DNA from: a virus
Strand: one strand, 5' to 3'
IMG/VR virus record: IMGVR_UViG_3300045988_069781
Span: 32,770-96,769 of that record
Length of the DNA: 64,000 bases
Part shown: positions 7,035-17,282 of the stretch, in pieces
How the letters are laid out: the number at the start of each line of letters is the position of its first letter
Position numbering within the stretch: the stretch's first letter is position 1
Translations under genes and position numbers: made by a program
Notes under the pieces: model-generated
Seen by the model: only the letters and a program-made list of their open reading frames with translations
The model's database searches: none
Told to the model about the DNA's origin: nothing

Positions 7035-9400
7035 CTGTGTGCTTACCGTAGAATGGCACCGGGGAAAACGAGTCTCTCCCCCGTAGTAAGAAGCAGGGCG
7101 ATTCTATAATAGTGGTATTGTAGCTGTACACTTTAAAAGCAACAAGACAGCATATATATATTAGGAATATCAAAGGCCAAGAGGATTCGTATATATAGAT
7201 AAGTAATACAGGATATGAGAATATGATAACAGCTAACACTGTGATTCAAAAGGTAATATGATAGCTTACTGTGGATTTATTACTTTATCCATGAAACATC
7301 AGTAAGAAAATGGGATAGCGTGCTAAACCCATAAAATCTCAGAGAACCGTCTGGCGGAGATTTAAAAAACGCGATCTAGGTCAGCAGACACGAAGACAAA
7401 TTCAGCAAAGGTATCGGCATCCTAAAGTAAATATAGTTATGAGATGTATTTATGAGTGTATTGAAGTCTACACAAAGGAGAAACCTATGTCCGTGGGTAC
7501 AATCATGTACGAAATCAAGAAGGGACTAAACACGAGTTGCCCCTTAGTTAAACATCCAAAAGTTTACTAAGTTATGACTCCTGACTAACGTTCTTGGGTG
7601 TGTCCAAAACATCCATTCTGAATCTATTACTGGAAGGTGTAGATAGGATAAAATGCTACTGTAGTGTTCTCTATAAGGTACCAAATGGTTTAAATTGGAA
7701 CGTATACTTAATTGTATATAAAAGTAGATATGAAGGCAGAGAGATTAATCGAGGGTGCTATTAGGTGCTACGTGAAGAAGTAAAACGGTACAATTCCGTA
7801 ATCTTTTATTCTTGGAAGTAAAGGATAATAGTCTGTATTATTACTTTGGAACATATGGCTGAGAGGCTATGATCCATACAATGAACTTTAAATTCATTAA
7901 ATATAATAAGAATTCGAGACTTTTATTATATTTAAGTATGATAGATTATCCGGATTAGGTGCCAAACCTATACTTAATAGAACGATTAATACAAATGTGT
8001 CAGTGTTTGCTTCAAGTTATGACACAATAATATATGGAAAGAAGCAGGTTGTAAAAGTGTCCTATAACACTAACTACAGAATAACGACATCCTTTAGCAA
8101 GATGGTTACTTCGCAAGAAGTGAGAGGGATCTCAATAATTTACGTTATCGAAAAGTTAAATACGCCGGTAGAAACACCGTTACCTGAGAAGAAAGGTAGA
8201 AGTACAATCAGATCTCAGTCGGCTTTCCGAGAGATAAAAGGTGAAAGTCGGGCTAATGTATAGTCAATGGGCTAAATTCAAGTCTGTTAATCCAGAGAAA
8301 CGTAAATGTTATGATATTTACCTGAATCCAACGATTCATCACTGGCCCGAGAGTTAACGTCACTCTTAAACAAAAGCGAGGATAATATGTTTAACCTAAG
8401 TAGTGGCTACGCCCACGAAATAACAAATCCAGGGGAGTCCCCGCTAGGGATAGTAGAATCTGCTGTTGTATAGTAGTATATGTTTCCTGACTGCGTCCTT
8501 GGCAAGCCAACCGTTATTGCTAAATAAAACTAATAGAGTATATTGCGCAACAATATACGTTCATTAGAAAGCGTTTCATGAATCTTCATAGACTGGATAC
8601 CTGTCGTGCGGAAAGAGTAGTGAAAAGTAGGTGGAAGTCCTCAATATTCGTGCTTGTAAAACAATCCTATGGACGGTTATATAATAATATATATTGTTAT
8701 ATGTAATTCCGTATAGGAAACTTAAAACCGTTGCTGCATTTGTAGGGCAGAACTAGTTAAGTAACGTTAGAAAACGACCGTATCTGTAACGGATTCGATA
8801 AAGTGGTAAATATTAACTTCTGGGTAATTATAAGTTACATGACAGGCCAATCTGCATGTGCAACTGTCTTGCAAACAGTTATTTGTATTTGTGATTACTT
8901 GCTGAGATTAACCCCGAGACGCCGGGAAATACTAAGTTAATATGATGAGCAATAGTTCCTTTCTCTTAAGCGTAAGAGAATTGTAAAATCTAAAGTAATG
9001 GTATTATAATATGTATATTAAATGTCTTAGATCTCATTAGTCTAAAGAAAAAGCTGTACAGTATCAATAGTATGATAAGCTATTAATTTATTATATGTAG
9101 ACACTCGTATAAATAATATTAATTCTGGTATCCGAACTACTTTGTAGAAACAAGGAATGCAGAAAGGAAGAGGAAGTATCTACCTTGATTTCGATGTAAG
9201 TAAATCATTAATATGAAGATTATGCGTTTAAAACGAAAATATTTATACTTTGTAAAGGATTGTACTTGAATGTACGTAGACGATTAGACATATCCTCTAT
9301 ATAATAAAATCTATACAAAGAGAGCAAAACTCGTTAATTTAAACTCATAAAATATGTAAATCAATTGTTTAACATCTCCGTAGGTGGAATCAACCACGGA
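7035..9400 (+). ncRNA. ORF-free, GC-enriched, hairpin-dense island; candidate large structured RNA(s)
   Basis: About 2.4 kb with only two short track ORFs (71 aa and 88 aa) across six frames, in an otherwise tightly packed genome. It is visibly more G+C-rich than the flanks. Strong local helices include: 7899-7909/7923-7933 (11 bp); 7996-8002/8020-8026; 8108-8121 (ACTTC-GCAA-GAAGT, GNRA loop); 8212-8235; 8538-8558 (8 bp); 8961-8980 (8 bp). Strand and boundaries are not established. Confidence 0.4.
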
Positions 9401-9420
9401 ATCAAAAAAGGAATTTAAAA

Positions 9421-9960
9421 ATGGATAAATCAGTTGTTTTGGCATCACAGTGTGGTGCATCATTAGGTAAATATATTCTCACTATAGAGAAGAACTCAGT
9501 AGATCCGAACTATTCACGGAAAGTACAGAACAATGAATTACGGACTAGTCAGCAGATTAATCTGTATTCAATCAAACCTATTAAGGTTAAACTTGCTCAG
9601 GAAGTAGAAAGTGCCGAAGGTACTAAGTTTGTAGAATATAATGGCGATTCAAAGTTACGGCTTCAGATTTCCGGTATTAACGACATTACGGACATTATCC
9701 CGAAGCCCAACGCCGAAAGTGTAAAGAATGCGATTACTCGGTTTGAAGCAACAGGTGAGATTACAATCTTTATTGATTATCCGGCATTGACAAAAGAAAT
9801 CGTTGCTCTGAATATGGAGTCACGGGCTAAGCTTACAGCATTTGTCAATGAACAGATGCGGTTCATTAAAACATTTGAAACTGCAAACGAAACTGAAATT
9901 GCTGCTTGTAAAACAGCAATGGCCGCTGAAGGTATCGAAATTAATAATTATTTCGGATAA
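9421..9960 (+). CDS. hypothetical protein (179 aa)
   Basis: ATG ORF immediately after the ORF-free island. Confidence 0.7.
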   Translation: MDKSVVLASQCGASLGKYILTIEKNSVDPNYSRKVQNNELRTSQQINLYSIKPIKVKLAQEVESAEGTKFVEYNGDSKLRLQISGINDITDIIPKPNAESVKNAITRFEATGEITIFIDYPALTKEIVALNMESRAKLTAFVNEQMRFIKTFETANETEIAACKTAMAAEGIEINNYFG

Positions 9961-9968
9961 AGTAAACT

Positions 9969-10460
9969 ATGAGTACGCCTTTAACGAAAGAAGCGTTCCT
10001 AGACCTTCAGCATATGTTTGCTGATAAAGACTTTATATCTTTGCTATTCATGGATGAGAAAGAAATAGCTAGATATATTCATGTCGAAAAAGACGGTAGT
10101 GTAACGTTAGGCAGAACAAAATATAAATTTATCAATAGACTCTTTAAAGATGAGAAAGTATTGAGTACTAATGATATTTGTTTACGGCTTATTAAAGTCA
10201 TTACTGGAAAAGGAGGGACGCGAAACAATGAAGCTTTTGATTGTCTTGTAAAAGATTTTACTAAAGCTTTAGATAAGGGAGATTACTCCTATGCTATTAC
10301 TCGGATATTTATTGGTTATCGCTTAGGATATCTAAACGATGTTGCAGCAATGCATACTTCTTCGGAAAAAGGTGAGGTAAGACTTTCGGATAAGCGAGTA
10401 TTGGTACAAGATGGTTTTGGAGATTTCTATGCGATTAAAATAGGTAAGTATCCTAGTTAA
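9969..10460 (+). CDS. hypothetical protein (163 aa)
   Basis: ATG ORF 8 nt after the previous stop. Confidence 0.7.
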   Translation: MSTPLTKEAFLDLQHMFADKDFISLLFMDEKEIARYIHVEKDGSVTLGRTKYKFINRLFKDEKVLSTNDICLRLIKVITGKGGTRNNEAFDCLVKDFTKALDKGDYSYAITRIFIGYRLGYLNDVAAMHTSSEKGEVRLSDKRVLVQDGFGDFYAIKIGKYPS

Positions 10461-10560
10461 TTAAAGTTGACTATTCTAAAGTAATAAGAGTATTAAATGT
10501 ATAATAGCAGATGTAACGCAACAATACAGAAAATATAATTATTACTTTTCAAGATATAAC

Positions 10561-10597
10561 AAAGGACTTGCAGATGTAAGTCAAGTCCTTTCTATTA
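10561..10597 (+). terminator. intrinsic terminator-like hairpin
   Basis: 10-bp stem AAAGGACTTG / CAAGTCCTTT (10561-10570 / 10582-10591), followed by T-rich sequence. Confidence 0.5.
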
Positions 10598-10758
10598 TAT
10601 CTTATAAGGCTATGATAATGTATCTAAGGATACTAAGTGAAGGAAAGCTTCAAGAATAAGACGAAGATGTCATATCGGGATGAACATAGCCACAAAGTAC
10701 AGGTAGTTGATCATATTCAAGTATACTTTTATGTTTAATCAATTAAAATCAAAAGTAT

Positions 10759-11262
10759 ATGAAGAAAATTAAATCAACTGAAATTATTGAAAATCGTAAG
10801 AAGTATGACAAAGAGATTAAAAAGATGTGGAATATTATTCGTACTGAAAATTTAATCGATAAGAATGCTACACGAAATTACGATATGAAAGCGTTGTTGG
10901 ATACGATTACAGAAATGTCCAATAATCGAATTCAGACCAAGCTGGATTCAATTGCTATTAATCTAGGCTTTAAGAGTCGTAAAGACTTTCCTAAAGAAAG
11001 TATCTATCCTATTATTTATACTCTATCTGAAAAGAATGAGTATCTAGTTCAGTTGGGATCTATTCCGACTATTAATCCTGGTTTGAAAGCTAAACTTGGT
11101 AAAAAGAAATTGTTTAAAACTGAAGAAATCACTGCAGATTATATCACTAAATTAAAGAATAAACTGCAGCTAGAAATCAATGCTCTGAAGAAGAAGCTTG
11201 AAGATTTCAACAGTAATGCTGAAATAGATATATCTACTGCATATATGTATCTAGCAGCATAA
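10759..11262 (+). CDS. hypothetical protein (167 aa)
   Basis: ATG ORF. No motif recognised. Confidence 0.7.
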   Translation: MKKIKSTEIIENRKKYDKEIKKMWNIIRTENLIDKNATRNYDMKALLDTITEMSNNRIQTKLDSIAINLGFKSRKDFPKESIYPIIYTLSEKNEYLVQLGSIPTINPGLKAKLGKKKLFKTEEITADYITKLKNKLQLEINALKKKLEDFNSNAEIDISTAYMYLAA

Positions 11263-11269
11263 GGTAAAC

Positions 11270-11394
11270 TGGTCTCCGTAAGTTATTTTAAAGTAGTCCA
11301 AGTATCTCTATTTTATAATTGTGATATATTCTAATAGCATAAAATAAAATTAAAATAATGAGTGGCAAGTGGGGTTCGAATCCCCGGAGATCAA
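11270..11394 (+). other. orphan T-arm/acceptor module (tRNA-like 3' half with a distant 5' partner)
   Basis: T-arm TGGGG-TTCGAAT-CCCCG (11370-11386) plus GAGATCA-A (11387-11394). The only complementary 5' strand, TGGTCTC, is at 11270-11276, which would give a 125-nt AT-rich body with no recognisable D or anticodon arms. Confidence 0.3.
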
Positions 11395-11437
11395 CAAGTC
11401 TCGAAATATTAATATTAACATTTTAAAAAGTAAAGTC

Positions 11438-12778
11438 ATGAAAAAAGATATCAAATCTCAAACAATTGACAATTCTACCAAAAAGTATCCGGTAGAAAGC
11501 AAAACATGGAAGTCTGATGTATATCAGGCTTTGAAATTAGGTTATAAAGTAGAAGCTTTAAACGAAGAGCAAGCTGAATATATTAAGAAGATTGAAACTA
11601 AGCTTGCAGAAAAGGCTGCAAAAGCCAAAGTAAAAGAAGAGATGAAACAAACTCTTCTGAAAAAGATGTCAGATATAATGAAAGCTAAAAAAGCAGCAAT
11701 TGTATCTGCAGCTAATGATCTAGCTGATAGAATTATTCTTCGTGCTATCGAGAAAGAAGAGCAGAAGAAAAAATTCGATGAAGTCGATAAGAAAATTAAG
11801 GATAAGGTCAAGAAAGACAGAATGGCAATAGCCGAAAAGAAATGTAAACGTAAAGCAGAATTACGTAATAAGACTATTCCTAGTCCTGAAGCTATAGCTA
11901 ATGCTAAGAAACAACAAGATTTTCTTGCAAAAGCTCATGCTGTTAAACGTGAAGAGATTGAAGCTCGTCTTAACAAGAAAGAAGAATTTATGAATCAATC
12001 TATAGAAGAGCGAAATAAAAAACATGAAGAACGTGTTAAACGTGATACAGAATATGCTCTTAAACGATTACATCATAAAGAGATCAAACTTAAACGTACT
12101 ACAAAGGCTGAGAGAATTGAAGCAATTAAGGCTAAAAAAGAAGCTGGTAAAGCAGCTTTTAATGCTGAAATGAAACGTCAAGCTTCAGAAATTGCAGCAG
12201 ACCGTCAAGGTTATGCCAATCGCGTAGAGAAACGTAGACGTACTGAAACAGAGCGTCTTGCAAGGATTGCAGAGCGTAGAAAACTACGTAAAGATAAGAT
12301 TTTTACAGAACATCTTAAACAACAAAAGATTCAACAATTGAATCTTAAACGTTTTATAGAATCTGAAAAAGCTCGTCTAGCACGAAAAGAAGAAAAACGT
12401 GTTAAGTATCTTACTACGGGTGGAATAAAAATTCCTAAAGTAAAGAACAATGTTGCTGTAGATAAAACTAGAGCAGAAGAATATATTAAAGCTGCAGAAG
12501 TAAAAATGAAGGATGAAAAAGTACGTTATTTAATACGTATTGCATCAATTGCTTCATCAGAAATTATAAGTGATTCTGTTTGTGCATTCATTTGTAAACC
12601 AGAAGAACTTAACAAACGTATGAAAGAAGCTCATAACAAACACATGAAAGAAGAACCTGATACATATGTAGGTATTTATGCTTACTCTGGCATCGGTAAA
12701 GATCAGAAATGTGTAAGTGAAATGCTAAACGATAAATTTAAAGATCGTAGTAGACTTTCTAAAAGCAATGCAGCATAA
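11438..12778 (+). CDS. K/E/R-rich coiled-coil protein (446 aa)
   Basis: The track ORF starts at GTG 11369, inside the T-arm element. The first ATG, at 11438 (MKKDIKSQ...), is the more plausible start. Confidence 0.7.
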   Translation: MKKDIKSQTIDNSTKKYPVESKTWKSDVYQALKLGYKVEALNEEQAEYIKKIETKLAEKAAKAKVKEEMKQTLLKKMSDIMKAKKAAIVSAANDLADRIILRAIEKEEQKKKFDEVDKKIKDKVKKDRMAIAEKKCKRKAELRNKTIPSPEAIANAKKQQDFLAKAHAVKREEIEARLNKKEEFMNQSIEERNKKHEERVKRDTEYALKRLHHKEIKLKRTTKAERIEAIKAKKEAGKAAFNAEMKRQASEIAADRQGYANRVEKRRRTETERLARIAERRKLRKDKIFTEHLKQQKIQQLNLKRFIESEKARLARKEEKRVKYLTTGGIKIPKVKNNVAVDKTRAEEYIKAAEVKMKDEKVRYLIRIASIASSEIISDSVCAFICKPEELNKRMKEAHNKHMKEEPDTYVGIYAYSGIGKDQKCVSEMLNDKFKDRSRLSKSNAA

Positions 12779-12813
12779 TTATTACAGGGGTGCGACTGTT
12801 CAACGCACAATCT

Positions 12814-12885
12814 AGCGGGATGGCGCAAAGGTAGCGCGTAGCTTTCACGAGGCTGAGGTTGATAGTTCGAATCTATCTCCCGCAA
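12814..12885 (+). tRNA. tRNA, anticodon CAC (Val) by hand fold
   Basis: Cloverleaf: acceptor AGCGGGA/TCCCGCA (A1-A72 mismatch), U8, D-arm GCGC-AAAGGTA-GCGC, anticodon arm TAGCT-TTCACGA-GGCTG, variable AGGTT, T-arm GATAG-TTCGAAT-CTATC, discriminator A. Confidence 0.65.
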
Positions 12886-12954
12886 GGTCACTAAAGTAGA
12901 TACTTCCACGTAGTGTGACTGGATTAAAACTAAAATCTACTTAAAATAAATAAT

Positions 12955-13186
12955 ATGAAATCAGAACCAGAACAAATCGCAGAAGAAAAAGGATATACAA
13001 TAACAGATAAAGGTATTGTAAGAAATTAGGATAAATATATCTAAATACGCTAATATGAAATATGATGAGAATTTAATAAAATCTATAAAAGAAGATAGAT
13101 ATAAAGGAATGTGTTATAAGGAATTAATTACGAAATATAATATTAAAAATAAAAGTTCTTTATCATATATTCTAAATTGCAGATAA
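12955..13186 (+). pseudogene. possible remnants of a homing-endonuclease-type gene (24-aa and 43-aa ORFs)
   Basis: 12955-13029 encodes ...EKGYTITDKGIVRN-stop, which resembles the N-terminal GYxVSxxGxVxS (NUMOD4-type) motif of phage HNH endonucleases. 13055-13186 encodes a small HTH-like peptide (YKELITKYNIKNKSSLSYIL). No nuclease core is present. Confidence 0.25.
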
Positions 13187-13196
13187 CCATAGTACT

Positions 13197-15116
13197 ATGA
13201 AAATTAAAGGAAAGACTTGTGTAGTCTTTGATATTGAAGTTTTAAAGAACGTATTTACTTGTACTTGTAAGAATACTGAAACAAAACAAATTACAGTATT
13301 TGAAATATCTCCAAGAAGAGTAGATATAGAAGATTTAGCTCTTACATTCTTCTATGAAGATTTCTATTTTGTAGGTTATAATAATATACATTATGATAAT
13401 CCTATACTAAACTATATTATAATGTTATATAGAGAACATTATTTTAATAGATATAGTACTAGAGAATTAACTGAATCAATATTTAGAATGAGTCAATTAG
13501 TAATTGATAAAAATTCTGATTTTGATTTATGGAAAGAGTATAAATACGCTAGAAACTTCTTATCAATAGATCTATTAACAATGCTATATTCTAAAGCTTT
13601 ACGAGTATCTTTAAAAGAGATGCAAGTAACAATGCAATATAAGAATGTAGAAGAATTCGTAGTAGATTGGCATCAAGACCTTCCTGAAAAGGATATAGAT
13701 AGATTAATATCATATAATATAAATGATGTAGAATCTACCGAAGAATTACTATATAGATGTAAAGATCTATTAGAATTGCGTATAGAAACTGAAAAAGATT
13801 TTGGATTACCTTGCTTAAGTTTAGATCGAGTAAATCTAGGAGATAGATTACTTCAATTAAAAGTAATGGAAAAGACAGGATTAAATAAGAAGCAATTAGA
13901 GAATATGAAATCTCCAGCTAATTATGTAGATCTTGAAAAAGTAATATTTCCTTGGATAAAATTTGAATCTCCAATATTGCAAAAAAAGTTAACTGATATG
14001 AAAAATCAGCATAATGTATCACCAGGTAGAAAAGGATATATAAATACTTTTATGTTTGGTGAAATGAAAGTAACTATTGGAGTAGGTGGAATTCATGGTG
14101 ATAATGGTACTTGTATTATTAAACCAAATGAAGATGAATTATTATTAGATAGCGATGTTAACTCACTATACCCATCTCTTATGAGAATGTATCATCTTTA
14201 TCCACCTAAGTTAAAGGATGTATTAGGACAAATATTTCCACAAATTATTGATGATCGATTAGAATTTAAGAGGACTGGTCAAAAAAACAAAAACGAAACA
14301 TATAAATACATGTTAAATGGTGTATCAGGTAAAATGCAAGATGAAACATCTTGGTTATTTTCACCATTTACTGTTATGCAAGTAAGAATTAATGGTCAAT
14401 TATTACTTTTAATGCTCGCTGAAAGACTCTTAAAGTTAGGATGCAAATTATATCAGATTAATACTGATGGTATTTTATATAAGCTTAAAAAGTCTAAATA
14501 TGAAGAATTACAGCAAGTATTAAAAGAATGGGAAAAGCTCACTATGCTTACTCTGGAAACTGAAGAATTTACTCAGTTTTATCAATTGGCAATTAATGAT
14601 TATTTTGGAGTAGAACCTAATAATAAAATAAAAAAGAAAGGATTCTTTCTGACTGATATTGAATTAGGTAAAGGTTTAACTCCTAAAATTATACCTGAAG
14701 CAATTATAAATTACTTTGTACATAATATTCCAGTAGAAGATACAATTAAGTCTTGTAAAGATATATGTAAATTCTTACAAGCTGAAAAAACTGGTAAACA
14801 ATGGACAGTTGAGTATAATGAACAAATTCAACAAAGAATTAATCGTTTCTATGTTAGTAATAGTGGATATTATTTATGGAAATGGAAATTAGATGATACT
14901 GGTAGAAAGTCTTATCAAATAATGTTAAAAGATCATGGAGTAAGATTACATAATAAATTTTATTCTGATGAGGATCTTCAATGGAAATACTCTCAAGGAG
15001 AGACATTCCAAAGTATTTATGATATAGATTATCAATATTATATTAATCAGTGTATAAAAGTAATTGAAAAATTAAAACCAAAGCAGTTAAATCTGTTTAA
15101 TTTTGACGAATATTAA
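13197..15116 (+). CDS. family B DNA polymerase with 3'-5' exonuclease motifs
   Basis: Exo I VVFDIEV. Exo II YNNIHYDNPIL. Exo III YNINDVEST. Pol motif A DSDVNSLYPS. Motif B-like KYMLNGVSGK. Motif C-like QINTDGI. Confidence 0.9.
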   Translation: MKIKGKTCVVFDIEVLKNVFTCTCKNTETKQITVFEISPRRVDIEDLALTFFYEDFYFVGYNNIHYDNPILNYIIMLYREHYFNRYSTRELTESIFRMSQLVIDKNSDFDLWKEYKYARNFLSIDLLTMLYSKALRVSLKEMQVTMQYKNVEEFVVDWHQDLPEKDIDRLISYNINDVESTEELLYRCKDLLELRIETEKDFGLPCLSLDRVNLGDRLLQLKVMEKTGLNKKQLENMKSPANYVDLEKVIFPWIKFESPILQKKLTDMKNQHNVSPGRKGYINTFMFGEMKVTIGVGGIHGDNGTCIIKPNEDELLLDSDVNSLYPSLMRMYHLYPPKLKDVLGQIFPQIIDDRLEFKRTGQKNKNETYKYMLNGVSGKMQDETSWLFSPFTVMQVRINGQLLLLMLAERLLKLGCKLYQINTDGILYKLKKSKYEELQQVLKEWEKLTMLTLETEEFTQFYQLAINDYFGVEPNNKIKKKGFFLTDIELGKGLTPKIIPEAIINYFVHNIPVEDTIKSCKDICKFLQAEKTGKQWTVEYNEQIQQRINRFYVSNSGYYLWKWKLDDTGRKSYQIMLKDHGVRLHNKFYSDEDLQWKYSQGETFQSIYDIDYQYYINQCIKVIEKLKPKQLNLFNFDEY

Positions 15117-15161
15117 CAAAAACTATCATACTCTAGAACAGATGAATTAAATTAATTCATT

Positions 15162-15722
15162 ATGATACTAGAAATAGATACAAGTCTATTAAAAAAAATA
15201 GACAATCTTTCATTAAGTCAGCTAGTATTTTTAAATCTTGTATTAGACAATAATCAAAAATCTATCAAAGAGGTCAAAGACATCGTTAGCCAGGTCAGCG
15301 ACAATGATATACAAGATTTAATCGACAGAGGATTTCTTATCAGAGAAGAAAAAGCTAAAAAAGTTTCTTATAAAGAAACCGAACTATTAGTAAACATTAT
15401 TACTGGTAATGCAGATTTATTTGAAGAATTTAAAAAGCATTATCCTATAGTAGTAGTAAGACCTGATGGTACTAAAGGCTTTTTACAAGGTAATTCAAAG
15501 AAATGTAGAACTTTATATAATAAGATCGTTAAAAACGATATTATTTTACATAATCATATTATTCAATGTTTAGAGAAAGAAGTATCGGATAAACTTATGA
15601 GTGGTAAAATAGGTTATATGAAGACTATGTGGAAATGGCTTACTAATTCTGAATGGGAAATTTATGAAGAACAAATTAATGAACCAATAAAAGATAATCT
15701 CTATGGAACAGAACTTATCTAG
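15162..15722 (+). CDS. hypothetical protein, possible replication organiser (186 aa)
   Basis: ATG ORF between the polymerase and the helicase, overlapping the helicase start. Function is inferred from position only. Confidence 0.6.
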   Translation: MILEIDTSLLKKIDNLSLSQLVFLNLVLDNNQKSIKEVKDIVSQVSDNDIQDLIDRGFLIREEKAKKVSYKETELLVNIITGNADLFEEFKKHYPIVVVRPDGTKGFLQGNSKKCRTLYNKIVKNDIILHNHIIQCLEKEVSDKLMSGKIGYMKTMWKWLTNSEWEIYEEQINEPIKDNLYGTELI

Positions 15723-16659
15723 TCCCTTACCATTTAAACATATATCCGTAGCTGCTGATGAAGCAGTTACCTATATAAAACAGCGTAAAAATCATGAAAT
15801 TGAACCACTTAAAAGTAGGTGGAATAAATTTAATTTTATGTGCTGTGGTGGTATTGAACCAGGATGTGTTTATACTATAGTAGGAGCTTCTGGTACTGGT
15901 AAATCATCATTTGTAAATACGCTTGAAACTGATTTAATTGAACTTAATCCTGATAAGGAATTAGTTGTATTATCATTTTCTTTTGAAATGCTCTCTAGTA
16001 GACAAGTAGGAAGAAAACTATCTAATAAGTTGCGTCACACAACTTCAGAGCTATATAGTGCATCAGAAGATGTTTCTGATAGTTTGCTACAGGATATTGA
16101 AAAAGAAGTAGAAGTTATTAAACAATATCCTATCTATTATGTAGATGAATTAGCTACAGTAAGTAAGATAGAAGATACTATAACATATTTTCAAAATACG
16201 ATTGCAAAAGATAAATGGCTTATCATATTTCTAGATCATACATTATTGGTCGAAGGAAATGACACTAATGATGAGCGAAAAATTATAGCAGCATTAGAAA
16301 GAGTATTTATTAGAGCTAAGAAAGTTGGTAAAACAAGTATAATTCAACTTTCTCAAATGAATCGTAATATTGAAATGCCTGAAAGGATTATAAATCCATC
16401 AAGTCATTATCCTATGAGAAGTGACTTATCATCCTCAGATTCTGTATTTCAAGGCAGTGACGTTATAGCAGTTTTATCAAGACCTGAAACATTGGGTATT
16501 ACTGCATACGGACCGTCACGATTACCTGTACAAAATAAAGTATATCTACACTTTTTAAAAGTTAGAGAAGGCAAATTAGCCATACTTGAATATGAGAACG
16601 ATCTGCAATATAACAACTTAATTGAAGTAGATAGATCTGAGAATAAACCACAGTATTAA
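15703..16659 (+). CDS. DnaB-like replicative helicase (RecA-fold C-terminal domain)
   Basis: Walker A GASGTGKSS. Walker B-like IIFLDH. DnaB-type QLSQMNRN motif. Confidence 0.8.
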   Translation: MEQNLSSPLPFKHISVAADEAVTYIKQRKNHEIEPLKSRWNKFNFMCCGGIEPGCVYTIVGASGTGKSSFVNTLETDLIELNPDKELVVLSFSFEMLSSRQVGRKLSNKLRHTTSELYSASEDVSDSLLQDIEKEVEVIKQYPIYYVDELATVSKIEDTITYFQNTIAKDKWLIIFLDHTLLVEGNDTNDERKIIAALERVFIRAKKVGKTSIIQLSQMNRNIEMPERIINPSSHYPMRSDLSSSDSVFQGSDVIAVLSRPETLGITAYGPSRLPVQNKVYLHFLKVREGKLAILEYENDLQYNNLIEVDRSENKPQY

Positions 16660-16675
16660 TTTAATTTTGGCTAAC

Positions 16676-17191
16676 ATGACTACAACATTTTTGAATAAAA
16701 AGGGTAACAATAATAACTTTAACTTTAACACTTACGATTTCTTGAATCCGTATTACGAGAAGATCAGTAAGAAAAAAGATGATAATTATATTGATAATCT
16801 TCTGACAAAAGCTTTTAAGAATTTAGTTCCTTGGGCAAAGAAAGAAGATAAGAAAGATAACATTTATATCATCTTCGGTGATGAACCGACGAAAAAATAT
16901 ACGTTTGAGAAGCCGAGTTTTACAATTACAAATATTTCTCCTACTTCTCTGAATCTGGAATGGAATAAAGCAGCTACACATTTGTTGGAATGTGCATATT
17001 ATGCTAATAATCCTACTTATGATTTTATTATCTGTGATACACCGATTAAAATTCATGGTAATTATATTCAGGTAGGTTCGGAAATTATTCCGACATTTAC
17101 TCGTTCTGATTTCTTTACAACTATGAAAAAAGAAGATCAGATTAACATTTATAATATTGCAGTAGAAATTAACGCTATTTTTGCTGCGTAA
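16676..17191 (+). CDS. hypothetical protein (about 171 aa)
   Basis: The track ORF begins at TTG 16667. The first ATG is at 16676. Confidence 0.6.
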   Translation: MTTTFLNKKGNNNNFNFNTYDFLNPYYEKISKKKDDNYIDNLLTKAFKNLVPWAKKEDKKDNIYIIFGDEPTKKYTFEKPSFTITNISPTSLNLEWNKAATHLLECAYYANNPTYDFIICDTPIKIHGNYIQVGSEIIPTFTRSDFFTTMKKEDQINIYNIAVEINAIFAA

Positions 17192-17282
17192 TTATTAACA
17201 AAACTTTTCAGATTCTTTCAAATTTTATCAAATTCTTTCGTAACTTATCAAACTATATCTGAAAAGGTAAAATTATCTTAAT

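Noticed and set aside
8395-8672. CCTAAG (8395-8400) and TATGG (8668-8672) as the two halves of an 11-nt GAAA tetraloop receptor
   Set aside because: The two halves are 270 nt apart and I cannot show flanking helices that bring them together. Both short strings are plausible by chance.
7035-9400. Stop-codon reassignment (TAG or TGA recoding, known in some crAss-like lineages) as the explanation for the ORF desert
   Set aside because: Spot checks show different stop codons close together in the same frame. For example, TAG at 8261-8263 is followed by TAA three codons later, and in 8401-8520 a TGA is followed by TAA. Recoding a single stop would therefore not open a long frame. The long genes elsewhere in the window read through with the standard code.
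7036-9400. ORF-less group II intron (GTGTG at 7036-7040 resembles the GUGYG 5' end)
   Set aside because: I could not find a domain V-like 34-nt hairpin with an AGC triad and GNRA loop. The best CCGTAT...ACGG candidate, near 8777-8797, is much too short. There is no intron-encoded protein, and no interrupted host gene flanks the region.
11270-11394. Orphan tRNA 3' half as a phage attP site
   Set aside because: No integrase or recombinase was recognised in this window, and crAss-like phages of this type are generally not temperate. The idea is kept only as a tRNA-like oddity.
11369-11437. N-terminal extension MGFESPEINK... of the 11369..12778 ORF
   Set aside because: It starts at GTG and is simply the translation of a tRNA-type T-arm (GGGGTTCGAATCCCC). 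The ATG at 11438 is the sensible start.
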